NCBI GenBank assembly: GCA_963703345.1
Contig: OY969814.1
Span: 416,001-480,000, forward strand
Direction: 5' to 3'
From: an uncultured Chloroflexia bacterium
GTDB lineage: Bacteria; Chloroflexota; Dehalococcoidia; DSTF01; JALHUB01
Length of the DNA: 64,000 nucleotides
The notes beneath the pieces were generated by a model. That model ran no database searches and was not told the origin of the DNA. It saw nothing but the letters and a program-made list of their open reading frames with translations. The translations under genes were made by a program, and so were the position numbers. Positions 44,493-54,161 of this stretch are shown piece after piece; positions within the stretch are counted from its first letter, which is position 1, and every line of letters begins with the position of its first letter.

Positions 44493-45484
44493 CGGCGGCA
44501 AACGGGAAGCGCAAGCTCCGCGCCGGTGTCATCGGCTTCGGTTCGATGGGAGCGAACCACGCCCGCGTCTACGCCGAGATGGAAGGCGTGGAGCTGGCTG
44601 CCGTCGCCGACGTGTCACCCGAACGTCTAGCGCGGGCCGCGACCGCCGCGACAATCTATGACGACTACCGCCGAATGCTCGCCGAAGAGCGCCTCGACCT
44701 CGTTTCCGTCTGCGTCCCGACGCTGCTGCACCACGAGGTCGCGCTCGCGACGATTCGAAGCGGCATCGCCCTGCTCGTCGAGAAGCCGATAGCGGCGACG
44801 CTGGAAGAGGGGCGGAACATGGCGCGGGCGGCGCGAGAGGCGGGCGTCCCGCTGATGGTCGGCCACGTCGAGCGCTTCAACCCCGCGGTGCTGGAGGTCA
44901 AGCGCCTGCTAGCCGCGGGCCGGCTCGGGCGCGTCTTCCAGGTGTACGCCCGTCGCACCGGCCCCTTCCCGCAGCGCGTCCGCGACGTAGGCGTCGTCCA
45001 CGACCTGGCGCCGCACGACATCGACATCATGTCTTTCCTGCTGGAATCGCCGGTGGAGCGGGTCTACGCGGAGACCTTGCGCGGCATAAGCACCGAGCAT
45101 GAGGACCTACTCTCCGGCGTCTTGCGCTTTCTCAGCGGCGTCATTGGCATCCTCGACGTCAACTGGCTAACGCCGCTGAAGGTCCGGCAACTGGCGGTCC
45201 TGGGCGAAAAAGGCCAGCTCCAGGCCGACTACCTCTCGCAGGAGGTGCGCTTCCATCCGAAGGAAGGCGAGGCTGCAAGAGCCGCGTCGCCGGAGCTGGT
45301 CCGGGTCGAAAACAAGGAGCCGTTGCGTCTGGAGATGGAGGCGTTCGTGGAGGCCGTGCGCAGCGGCCGCGAACCGCCGGTCACGGCCGAGGACGGCCTG
45401 TCGGCGCTGGAGATCGCCTCGCTGCTCGTGGAATCGGCGCGCCGGGGCGAGGTGATGACGTTGGAACCGCGGAGAGCCGGCTGA
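44489..45484 (+). CDS. Gfo/Idh/MocA oxidoreductase (WbpB/WlbA-like)
   Basis: GTGA overlap; GFGSMG, LVEKP, GHVERFNP, DLAPHDID. Confidence 0.92.
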   Translation: MTAANGKRKLRAGVIGFGSMGANHARVYAEMEGVELAAVADVSPERLARAATAATIYDDYRRMLAEERLDLVSVCVPTLLHHEVALATIRSGIALLVEKPIAATLEEGRNMARAAREAGVPLMVGHVERFNPAVLEVKRLLAAGRLGRVFQVYARRTGPFPQRVRDVGVVHDLAPHDIDIMSFLLESPVERVYAETLRGISTEHEDLLSGVLRFLSGVIGILDVNWLTPLKVRQLAVLGEKGQLQADYLSQEVRFHPKEGEAARAASPELVRVENKEPLRLEMEAFVEAVRSGREPPVTAEDGLSALEIASLLVESARRGEVMTLEPRRAG

Positions 45485-46755
45485 TGGGCGAGTTTTCGGT
45501 GTGCGTTATCGGGCTGGGCAGGATTGGCCTGCCGCTCGCCGTCCAGTGTGCTTCGAAAGGGATGCGCGTGACCGGTGCCGACATTGACGCCGCCCTTGTC
45601 GAGAAGATCGACGCCGGCGTCTGTCCCTATCCGGACGAGGCCGGCCTCGCGGAGGCGATGCGGTCCGCTCACGAAGCGAGCCGCCTGAGCGCGACGACCG
45701 ATACGACGGAGGCGGTGCGCCGGAGCAACTTCGTCGTCATCGTCGTGCCGGTGGGCCTCACGGTAGAGAAGCATGCCGACTTCGCCGCCCTCGACGCTGC
45801 TGCCCGGGCTGTTTCCGCCGGCCTTCAGCCGCAGACGCTGGTCTTGCTGGAGACTACCGTTCCCCTCGGCACGACGCGCCGTCGGCTGGGTGCAGCGCTG
45901 GAGGCGTCCGGCCTGCGGCTCGGGAGCGACCTCTTTCTTACCTACAGCCCGGAGCGGGTCTTCGTCGGCCGCGTCCTTATGGACCTGCGCCGCTACCCCA
46001 AGATCGTCGGCGGCGTGGACGACGAGAGCGCGCGTCGCGGCGTCGCCTTCTACGAGAGCGCCCTCGATGCGCCCGTCCTCAGGCTCGCGAGCTGTGAGGC
46101 GGCAGAGCTCGTGAAGCTGGCCGAGACCACGTACCGCGACGTAAACATCGCCCTCGCCAACGAGTTCGCCCGCATCGCCGATGAGCATGGCGTGGACGTT
46201 ACGGAGGTGATAGCGGCCGCCAACTCGCAGCCGTTCTCACACATCCACCAGCCGGGCGTGGGCGTCGGCGGCCACTGCATCCCCGTCTACCCGCGCTTCC
46301 TGCTTGAAGGCGCAGCGGCAAGGCTGCCGGAGGCGGCGCGCGAGATCAACGACGGCATGGCCGCCTACGCCGTCGAAAAGCTGGCGCAGGCGCTGGGCGG
46401 ACTGAAGGGCAAGACTGTTATAATCCTCGGTCTCTCCTACCGGCCCGACGTGAAAGAAGCCGCGTTCTCCAGCGCTTTCCTCTTGGCGAATGAGCTTACG
46501 GCGCGAGGAGCGCGCGTTCTAGTCCACGATCCGCTTTTCAGCGTCGACGAGGTGCGGGCGCTGGCATTGGAGCCGTCGGAGCCCTTTCCGCCCACGCACG
46601 CCGACGCCGTCATCGTCCAGGCTTTCCACGAGGCATATCGGGAGCTTGACTTTCGCGCCTTCCCCGGCTGTCGGATCGTCCTGGACGGGCGCGATGCGCT
46701 GTCGCGGGAGAGGGTCGAAGCGATGGGGTTGCGCTATCTGGGGATCGGGCGCTAG
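45484..46755 (+). CDS. UDP-N-acetylhexosamine 6-dehydrogenase (WbpA/WecC-like)
   Basis: GLGRIGLP, SPER, KLAETTYRDVNIA, GVGGHCIP. Confidence 0.92.
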   Translation: MGEFSVCVIGLGRIGLPLAVQCASKGMRVTGADIDAALVEKIDAGVCPYPDEAGLAEAMRSAHEASRLSATTDTTEAVRRSNFVVIVVPVGLTVEKHADFAALDAAARAVSAGLQPQTLVLLETTVPLGTTRRRLGAALEASGLRLGSDLFLTYSPERVFVGRVLMDLRRYPKIVGGVDDESARRGVAFYESALDAPVLRLASCEAAELVKLAETTYRDVNIALANEFARIADEHGVDVTEVIAAANSQPFSHIHQPGVGVGGHCIPVYPRFLLEGAAARLPEAAREINDGMAAYAVEKLAQALGGLKGKTVIILGLSYRPDVKEAAFSSAFLLANELTARGARVLVHDPLFSVDEVRALALEPSEPFPPTHADAVIVQAFHEAYRELDFRAFPGCRIVLDGRDALSRERVEAMGLRYLGIGR

Positions 46756-46851
46756 GCCAATCCGCGAGGATATCAAGAGGTCGCAAAGACGCAGCGACAC
46801 ACGCCACACCGACGCGATTCGTGTTTGCCCTAGACCAGGCGGCTGGAGAAC

Positions 46852-47064
46852 CTACCGGTAGCGGGGAGTGTGCAGCGCGCCGCTAGTAATGGGTTCGTCC
46901 ACATAAAGGTCCCCGTTGCGGATCTTGATGTTGAAGCCGCAATCGGGGTTCGTGCAGGCCCATGCCTTGTAGTGAATAGGTGCGCCCTGACTGCCGAAGT
47001 CAGAAAGTGGCACCAGGTCTCCTGCCTTGCACTTCTGACACTTGGGTAATACCGGGATGTCCAC
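46852..47064 (-). CDS. Small zinc-ribbon protein (70 aa)
   Basis: CQKC ... CTNPDC; GGAGGT RBS before GTG. Confidence 0.8.
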   Translation of the reverse strand: MDIPVLPKCQKCKAGDLVPLSDFGSQGAPIHYKAWACTNPDCGFNIKIRNGDLYVDEPITSGALHTPRYR

Positions 47065-47451
47065 GAACCACCTCCCCAGCCAGCATCGCCCTTGCCACCC
47101 ACCTCATGTCCTCTGGCACGGGCGACAGGCGGGCCTTCGCGTCCCCGCCCCCGCGGCAGGTCTTACGATGGCCGGAGTATAGCAGAGCAGATCGCAATTT
47201 GGCAACAGTTTCCCATGCGGCGGTATTTAGGAAGGGCATCTTTTTCGCCAAATCCGGTCGTGACAGCACGCGAGATCGGCGTCGGTGTTCAGACTCCTGT
47301 TAGCACTCTCTTAACAATTCCTTGTTGCTGGTTTATCCCTTTCGGCCCGATAATCTAAACACGTGGCAGGCATGCCTTCGCCTGATTGCGCGTGCCTACC
47401 CCTCTATTTAACGCTGTTGATAGTGTACAATTGTTGCGATAGGTTGTAAGC

Positions 47452-48150
47452 ATGCCATCACGCGTCTTGGTCGTCGACGACGAACGCAACATCGTCCAAC
47501 TCGTGCGCCTCTACCTGAGCAAGGAGGGGTTCGACGTCGACAGCGCCTTCGACGGCAAGCAGGCCCTCGACAAGGTCCACAGCCATCGCCCGGACATTAT
47601 CGTCCTCGACATCATGATGCCGGAGATGGACGGCCTCAGCGTTTGCCGGGAGCTGCGCAAGACCAGCAACGTGCCAATCATTATCCTTACGGCCCGCACC
47701 GACGACGTCGACAAGGTCGTCGGGCTGGAGCTGGGTGCCGACGACTACGTGACGAAGCCCTTCAACCCGCGCGAGCTCGTCGCCCGCGTCAAGGCCGTTC
47801 TCCGTCGCAGCCAGGGCGCCGCTGAGCCCGCTCTCGTCCTGGAATCCGGCGACGTGCGCCTCGATGTCCCCCGCCGTGAGGCGACGCTCAAGGGCGAGCC
47901 GCTCAATTTGCGCGCCAAGGAGTTCGACCTGCTTGCCGCTTTCATGCAAAACGAAGGCCTCGTGATGGACCGCGAGAGGCTGATCCAGCGCGTATGGGGC
48001 CACGACTTCTACGGCGACAGCCGGACGATAGACGTGCACGTCGCCTGGCTCAGAGAGAAGCTTGCCGGCTCCAGCGTACAGATCCAGACGGTCTGGGGTA
48101 TTGGCTACAAGCTCGTGGTGACATCAGATGTTGGCGAGCCTCAGAAGTAA
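47452..48150 (+). CDS. OmpR/PhoB-family response regulator
   Basis: VVDDE, LDIMMP, GADDYVTKPF, RTIDVHV, TVWGIGY. Confidence 0.96.
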   Translation: MPSRVLVVDDERNIVQLVRLYLSKEGFDVDSAFDGKQALDKVHSHRPDIIVLDIMMPEMDGLSVCRELRKTSNVPIIILTARTDDVDKVVGLELGADDYVTKPFNPRELVARVKAVLRRSQGAAEPALVLESGDVRLDVPRREATLKGEPLNLRAKEFDLLAAFMQNEGLVMDRERLIQRVWGHDFYGDSRTIDVHVAWLREKLAGSSVQIQTVWGIGYKLVVTSDVGEPQK

Positions 48151-49582
48151 ACTCATCCTGGCGTTTGCCGCCGTCATCTTCCTTTGCCTCCTGTCGGCGG
48201 GCAGCGCCTTCGTGCTCTTCCTTCGCAATCATGAGACCGAGCAAGCGCGGGAGAAAGTCGGCCGTCTGGCGCAGCCTATCGCCCTGCGCGTGACCTACCT
48301 TGAGTGGAACGGCCTCTCGCCGGAAGATATGCGGCCCTACCTCCAGGACTACGCCTCCAGCGTCGACGTCCGCATCCTGCTGGTCGACAAGGTGACCTCG
48401 AGCGTCCTCGTCGACACCGAACAGCGGCTGGAGGGTCAAACGGTGCAGCCGCTGGAAACTTCCGGCGGCAACGAGCGCGTGGGCCCGATCTGGGTCCGAC
48501 AGGTGAAATTCGACGCCGGCGGTGAACACCTTCTCCTCTACACGCCGCTCGATAGCGTAACCACGCAGCCGCCGAGCGCCGAGCTCCTCAGTCGCTATCG
48601 CGCGGTGGTGGCCGTCCCCGAAGCGACGATCAACTCCGCCTGGCGCGATGTCTTTCCCGGCGTCGGTATCGCCGGCGGAATAGCGCTTCTCATCTCGGTG
48701 GTAATCGCATTCATCCTCTCCCGCTCCATCTCCGGCCCCCTCGACGAGATCACCCGCGCTTCCGAGGAGATGGCGTGCGGCAACTTCGACCAGCAGATCG
48801 CCGTGCGCGGCCGCGACGAGGTCGCCCGCCTGGCGACGGCCTTCAACGCTATGGCCCGGGAGGTCAACCAATCGCAGGCGACGCTGCGTCAGTTCCTCGC
48901 AGACGCCTCCCACGAGCTGCGTACGCCGCTCACGTCCATTCAAGGCTTCAGCCAGGCCATGGCGGAGGGCGCCATCGATCAGCCGGCGGAGATGTCGGAT
49001 TCGGCTCGCATAATAAACGAGGAGACGCAGCGAATGCGCGCCCTCGTCGACGATCTTCTCTACCTGTCGCAGATCGAAGGCGGGCAGGCCAGGATACAGC
49101 CCGAGCCGCTGAAGCTGGACAACCTCCTGCGCGACTGCGTCGAGCGATTTCAGCGGCGGGCGCAGGAGAAGGGTCTTCAGGTCAAGACCGACCTGCCGCC
49201 GCTTCCTCCGCTGCAGGGCGACGTGCGCCGCCTGGAGCGCGTCTTCTCCAACCTGCTCGACAACGCCATCAGGCACACGCCGAAAGAGGGCGCCATAACC
49301 GTCGCCGCGGAAGCCGCCAACGGCAGCGTGCGCGTCGGCATCCACAACACCGGCTCCTGGATACCGCCGGAACATCTGCCCCACGTTTGCGAGCGCTTCT
49401 ACCAGGTCAACAAGTCGACGAACGACGAGGGGCACACCGGCCTCGGCCTGGCGATCGCCTCCGAAGTCGTCCACGAGCACGGCGGCACGCTGTCGGCGCA
49501 GAGCTCGCAGCGCGACGGGACGGAGTTCAGCGTAACCCTGCCGCTGACAGGCCCATCTCCGGCGTCACCGACTCCAGCCTAG
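48128..49582 (+). CDS. HAMP-domain sensor histidine kinase
   Basis: Two TMs, HAMP, SHELRTPL, NLLDNA, GLGLAI. Confidence 0.95.
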   Translation: MLASLRSKLILAFAAVIFLCLLSAGSAFVLFLRNHETEQAREKVGRLAQPIALRVTYLEWNGLSPEDMRPYLQDYASSVDVRILLVDKVTSSVLVDTEQRLEGQTVQPLETSGGNERVGPIWVRQVKFDAGGEHLLLYTPLDSVTTQPPSAELLSRYRAVVAVPEATINSAWRDVFPGVGIAGGIALLISVVIAFILSRSISGPLDEITRASEEMACGNFDQQIAVRGRDEVARLATAFNAMAREVNQSQATLRQFLADASHELRTPLTSIQGFSQAMAEGAIDQPAEMSDSARIINEETQRMRALVDDLLYLSQIEGGQARIQPEPLKLDNLLRDCVERFQRRAQEKGLQVKTDLPPLPPLQGDVRRLERVFSNLLDNAIRHTPKEGAITVAAEAANGSVRVGIHNTGSWIPPEHLPHVCERFYQVNKSTNDEGHTGLGLAIASEVVHEHGGTLSAQSSQRDGTEFSVTLPLTGPSPASPTPA

Positions 49583-49604
49583 CCGCCGCAATCCGGCACG
49601 GGAC

Positions 49605-49633
49605 TTGACCGGTTCCGCCTTGACTGGCATTCT
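49605..49633 (+). promoter_or_regulatory. Putative sigma70 promoter for the acyl-CoA synthetase pair
   Basis: TTGACC-17-CATTCT with extended TG. Confidence 0.5.
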
Positions 49634-49696
49634 GGTGACGAATTCCAATTCTTCCATCTGACTTGATCGGACCCAATTTGCGGAGGAAAGGCTACC

Positions 49697-51253
49697 ATGA
49701 TTGTCACCAGCTACTGGCCCAGTCAGGCGCCCTACGAGGAGATACCGCTCTACGAGTTGCTTAGGCGAACGGCGAGCACACAGGGCGGCAAAACGGGCGT
49801 GATAGGGGCGGATGGTACTACCCGCACCTACGAGCGCATCTGGAGCGACGCCCGCAAGGTGGCGCGCCTCCTTCAGGACAACGGCATCCAGAAGGGCGAC
49901 AAGGTCGGCATCTTCTCACCCAACCATATCGATTTCCCCGCCGTGTTCTTCGGCTCGCTCCTCGCCGGCGCAACCGTCACCACGCTCAACCCGTTGTATA
50001 CGCCGCATGAGATTGAGCACCAGCTCTTGGACGCCGAAGCGGTGATCCTGTTCGCCTTCTCGTTTATGAGGCCCGCTGCCGAGGAGGCCCGCAAGAACCT
50101 CCCTCTGCTCCGCGACATCTTCACCATCGACGCGCTGCCAGGGCTCCTGGAGGGCGTGTCCGAAGAGTACCGTCCGGTAACCATTAACCCCCGAGAGGAC
50201 GTCGCGGCCCTCCCCTATTCCAGCGGCACAACCGGTCTCCCCAAGGGGGTCATGCTCACACACTACAATATCACCTGCGATGTCAAGCAAGGGCACGGGA
50301 CGAGGGAGATACCGCCGGACATGATAGGCCTCTGGTTGCTCCCCTTGTTTCACATCTATGGGATGACCGTGCTCATGAGCAGTGGCATCGCGAGCGCCAA
50401 CACGGGCGTTGTTATGTTGCGCTTCGACGTCGAGCAGATGATGCAGCTCATCGAGAGGTACCGGATCACCGACCTCTATCTCGCCCCGCCGGCGATACTA
50501 GCGATGGTCAACCTGCCGGATCCTTCCCGCTACGACACGTCGTCGCTGCGGCTCATCAGCTCAGGGGCGGCGCCGCTGGCGCTGGAGCTGGGCGAGCGGG
50601 CGAAGGCGATGTTCAAGTGCATCGTCTCGCAAGGGTATGGCATGACGGAGACTAGCCCCACGGTCAACACCCAGCCGTTCGAAAAGATAAAGCTGGAGTC
50701 GGTCGGTCCGCCCTTCCCGGACACTCTGGAGAAGATCGTTAGCCTGGATAGCGGCGAAGAGCTGCCCGTCGGCGGCGTCGGCGAGCTGATGGTGAAGGGT
50801 CCGCAGGTCATGAAGGGCTACTGGAACAACCCGAAGGAGACGGCGGACTGCCTGACGGACGACGGCTGGCTGCACACCGGCGACATCGCCCGCTTCGACG
50901 AGGACGGTTATCTGTACCTCATCGAGCGGAAGAAAGAGATGATCAAATACAAGGGCTATCAAGTAGCGCCGGCGGAGTTGGAGGCATTGCTCTACCAGCA
51001 TCCCGCGGTGCTTGACGCGGCGGTTATACCGAAGCCGGACGAGGCGGGCGGTGAGATACCGAAAGCGTGCGTCGTGCTAAGGCCGGAGAAACAGGCGAGC
51101 GCCGAAGAGCTGATGGCGTTCATCGCTGGGAAAGTGGCGCCGTACAAGAAGATCCGCGAAGTTGAGTTCATGGACGCCATACCGAAGACGCTATCGGGCA
51201 AGATACTGCGTCGCGACCTGATCCAGCGGGAGAAAGAGCGCCTGGCCAAGTAG
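49697..51253 (+). CDS. Acyl-CoA synthetase (4-coumarate-CoA ligase-like), copy 1
   Basis: YSSGTTGLPKG, QGYGMTE, LHTGD, KYKGYQV, SGKILRR. Confidence 0.93.
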   Translation: MIVTSYWPSQAPYEEIPLYELLRRTASTQGGKTGVIGADGTTRTYERIWSDARKVARLLQDNGIQKGDKVGIFSPNHIDFPAVFFGSLLAGATVTTLNPLYTPHEIEHQLLDAEAVILFAFSFMRPAAEEARKNLPLLRDIFTIDALPGLLEGVSEEYRPVTINPREDVAALPYSSGTTGLPKGVMLTHYNITCDVKQGHGTREIPPDMIGLWLLPLFHIYGMTVLMSSGIASANTGVVMLRFDVEQMMQLIERYRITDLYLAPPAILAMVNLPDPSRYDTSSLRLISSGAAPLALELGERAKAMFKCIVSQGYGMTETSPTVNTQPFEKIKLESVGPPFPDTLEKIVSLDSGEELPVGGVGELMVKGPQVMKGYWNNPKETADCLTDDGWLHTGDIARFDEDGYLYLIERKKEMIKYKGYQVAPAELEALLYQHPAVLDAAVIPKPDEAGGEIPKACVVLRPEKQASAEELMAFIAGKVAPYKKIREVEFMDAIPKTLSGKILRRDLIQREKERLAK

Positions 51254-51293
51254 GGGAGGTTCGCGTCCTCGATGAGTGGAGGGAGGTGACGGC

Positions 51294-52847
51294 ATGATCG
51301 TCTCCAGTTACTGGCCCAGTCAAGCGCCGTACCAGGAAGCCCCGCTGCCGGACATCCTCCGCAAGTCCGCGGAGACCTTCGGCGAGAAGACCGCGCTGAT
51401 CAGCGCCGATGGCTCGACGCGCACTTACGCCCGCGTTCTCAGCGACGCCCGCAAGGTGGCACGCCTCCTCCAGGACAACGGCGTCCAGAAGGGCGACAAG
51501 GTCGGCATCTTCTCGCCCAACCACATCGAATACCCGGCCGTCTTCTACGGCTCGCTCCTCGCGGGCGCCACGGTTACGACGCTCAACCCGCTCTACACGG
51601 CGCACGAGATCGCGACCCAGCTCAGCGACGCGCAGGCCGTCTTGCTGTTTGCCTTCACGCCGATGGCCGCCGCCGTCGAAGAAGCGCGCAAGGACCTGCC
51701 GCTCCTCCGCAAGGTCTTCCCGATAGACGACCTCCCTTCGGTCCTGGAAGGCGTTTCGGAGGGCTTCCAGCCGGTAGAGATTGTTCCCAAAGAAGACATC
51801 GCTGCCCTTCCCTACTCCAGCGGCACCACCGGCCTGCCCAAAGGCGTGATGCTAACCCACTACAACATCTTCTCCAACGTCACCCAGGGGCTGGCCACGC
51901 GCTTCTTTAGCTCGGACATGGTGGGCCTCTGGACGCTGCCCCTCTTCCACATCTACGGCATGACGGTGCTGATGAGCGCCGCCGTGGCCCGCGGCGGCAC
52001 CGGCGTGGTGATGGCGCGCTTCGACGTCGAACTGATGCTCCAGCTCATCCAGCAGCACAGGATAACCGACCTCTATCTGGCGCCGCCGGCCATCCTGGCG
52101 ATGGTGAACGCTCATCCCGAGCGCTACGACACGTCGTCGCTCCAGGTGATCGGTTCGGGCGCGGCGCCGCTGCCGCTGGAGATAGGCGAGCGCGCCAAAT
52201 CGCTGTTCAAGTGCATCGTCTCGCAAGGGTATGGCATGACGGAGACGAGCCCGACGGTCAACACGAACCCCTTCGAACGCATCAAGCTGGAGTCGGTCGG
52301 CCCACCCTTTCCGGACACCCTGGAGAAGATCGTCAGCCTGGACAGCGGCGAAGAGTTGCCCGTCGGCGGCGTCGGCGAGCTGATGGTGAAGGGTCCGCAG
52401 GTCATGAAGGGCTACTGGAACAACGCCAAGGAGACGGCGGACTGTCTTACCGACGACGGCTGGCTGCACACCGGTGACATCGCCCGCTTCGACGAGGACG
52501 GCTACCTGTACCTCATCGAGCGGAAGAAAGAGATGATCAAGTACAAGGGCTACCAGGTAGCGCCGGCGGAGCTGGAGGCGCTCTTGCACCAACATCCCGC
52601 GGTGCTTGACGCGGCGGTTATACCGAAGCCGGACGAGGCGGGCGGAGAGATACCGAAGGCCTGTGTCGTCCTGAAGCCGGAGAGCAAGGCGAGCGCCGAA
52701 GAGTTGATGGCGTTCATCGCCGGGAAAGTGGCGCCGTACAAGAAGATCCGGGAAGTGGAGTTCATGGACGCCATACCGAAGACGCTATCGGGCAAGATAC
52801 TGCGTCGCGACCTGATCCAGCGGGAGAAAGAGCGGCTGGCCAAGTAG
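51294..52847 (+). CDS. Acyl-CoA synthetase (4-coumarate-CoA ligase-like), copy 2
   Basis: Same motifs; GGAGGTG RBS; tandem paralogue. Confidence 0.93.
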   Translation: MIVSSYWPSQAPYQEAPLPDILRKSAETFGEKTALISADGSTRTYARVLSDARKVARLLQDNGVQKGDKVGIFSPNHIEYPAVFYGSLLAGATVTTLNPLYTAHEIATQLSDAQAVLLFAFTPMAAAVEEARKDLPLLRKVFPIDDLPSVLEGVSEGFQPVEIVPKEDIAALPYSSGTTGLPKGVMLTHYNIFSNVTQGLATRFFSSDMVGLWTLPLFHIYGMTVLMSAAVARGGTGVVMARFDVELMLQLIQQHRITDLYLAPPAILAMVNAHPERYDTSSLQVIGSGAAPLPLEIGERAKSLFKCIVSQGYGMTETSPTVNTNPFERIKLESVGPPFPDTLEKIVSLDSGEELPVGGVGELMVKGPQVMKGYWNNAKETADCLTDDGWLHTGDIARFDEDGYLYLIERKKEMIKYKGYQVAPAELEALLHQHPAVLDAAVIPKPDEAGGEIPKACVVLKPESKASAEELMAFIAGKVAPYKKIREVEFMDAIPKTLSGKILRRDLIQREKERLAK

Positions 52848-52884
52848 GCACCCGTTTCTCCCGATCCGCCTGCGATTCCGAAGA

Positions 52885-52961
52885 GTAGAGGAAGGCTTCA
52901 GCCTTCCACATCGAGTGTGCGCGGACGAGGCGTGAGGTGGAGGGCTAAAGCCCTCCTCTAC
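52885..52961. repeat. Inverted REP doublet (REPIN-like)
   Basis: GTAGAGGAAGGCTTCAGCCTTCCAC (52885-52909) and inverted GTAGAGGAGGGCTTTAGCCCTCCAC (52937-52961). Confidence 0.8.
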
Positions 52962-52977
52962 TTTTGTCCGTCGGCAG

Positions 52978-53013
52978 AAAAAGAAGAGAGGCGGGACAAC
53001 TCCCGCCTCTCTT
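52978..53013 (-). terminator. Rho-independent terminator for the minus-strand surface protein gene
   Basis: 13-bp stem AAGAGAGGCGGGA/TCCCGCCTCTCTT, 4-nt loop, T-tract on the minus strand. Confidence 0.8.
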
Positions 53014-53086
53014 GCAATTTCTAACAGAGTCCCTTCCTGCCCTTACGCAGGCCTTGATTTCGCTTTCCCGTGATCGCTAGGCTATC

Positions 53087-53917
53087 CTAGCGTGCCCGCT
53101 TGACGAGCACCGTGCCCGAGGCCAGCAGCAGGACGCCGCCCAGCAGACCCAACGCAATCGGCAGCGTGTTTGAGCCGCCGGACGATGGTCCCGTGCCGGT
53201 GGTCGGTACCGTTACCGACGGGGCAATAACCGGCGGAATCACCGGCCGGGCCGTCGGGATCACGACCGTCGGCATGGGCGTTGACGTTGGGCCGGCCGTC
53301 GGCGTCTCAGTGGCGCCCGATACCGTGATTCTGGCGCTGTCGCACTTCAGGTTGGCGGGCTCGGTGATGCACGCCTCGTTGGTTATCCTGTCGCCGTCGC
53401 TCGCGCCGGAGGTCAGGTCAAGGGACAGATCGACGACAATCTGGTCACCACTGTTGAGGGTGGAGGTGGTGCTCCACGTAACTGTCCCCGAGGTGTCGCA
53501 GCCGTCGATCGTAAAGTGGCTGTCGGAGATGTCGGAGGACGAATCGACGCTGGCGTCAGAGCAGTCAGTGTCGCTCGGTATGACATCGCTGACTTCCATC
53601 GTCGGCGTGCAGTCGTTGTCGCCGTCGTTGGTCACTGTGATGGTGTAGTCAGCGGTGCCGCCTTCCGGCACGGTCGAGTCTGAGACGTCCTTGGTGATAC
53701 TAAGGTCGCAGACGGGAGTTGCCGTCGGCGTCACCGGCGTGTTCGTGCTTGTCGGAGCCGTCGTGTTCGTCGGGGTAGCCGTCTCGCCCTGGGCGTTCGC
53801 GACGGGCGGGCTGATCGACCCGCTGCCTGACGACAGCATGACCGCTACCATAACTAGGGCGAGCCCCGCTCCCGCGGCCACCGCCCACAACCAGGATCCC
53901 TTCCATAGTCTTTCCAT
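53087..53917 (-). CDS. DUF11-like domain surface protein with Thr/Pro linkers and PxTG sorting signal
   Basis: AAGGAG RBS; signal peptide ANA-Q; DLSITK..YTITVTNDG; VPTTGTGP + TM + KRAR. Confidence 0.88.
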   Translation of the reverse strand: MERLWKGSWLWAVAAGAGLALVMVAVMLSSGSGSISPPVANAQGETATPTNTTAPTSTNTPVTPTATPVCDLSITKDVSDSTVPEGGTADYTITVTNDGDNDCTPTMEVSDVIPSDTDCSDASVDSSSDISDSHFTIDGCDTSGTVTWSTTSTLNSGDQIVVDLSLDLTSGASDGDRITNEACITEPANLKCDSARITVSGATETPTAGPTSTPMPTVVIPTARPVIPPVIAPSVTVPTTGTGPSSGGSNTLPIALGLLGGVLLLASGTVLVKRAR

Positions 53918-53985
53918 ACTGAGTCTCCTTCTCAACTAGTGTCCGCCGCGGCGGACGCATGCGGTCCCCGCCTTTTACAAACGAT

Positions 53986-54015
53986 ATTGTGAACGATGAG
54001 CGGAATCTTTGTCAA
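53986..54015 (-). promoter_or_regulatory. Putative sigma70 promoter
   Basis: TTGACA-18-CACAAT on the minus strand. Confidence 0.5.
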
Positions 54016-54161
54016 GTCCGCTGCATCGGGGATGAATAGCTCCTGATCCGTTGCTGTTCCCCGGCAGAGCCGGGACAGAAGGGAAAGTCGGAATTTGTAA
54101 CAAATTCTGAGAGAAAATCGCTTGCCGTAGCCGAGAAGACTGCCTGCCTACGCTGTGGCAA

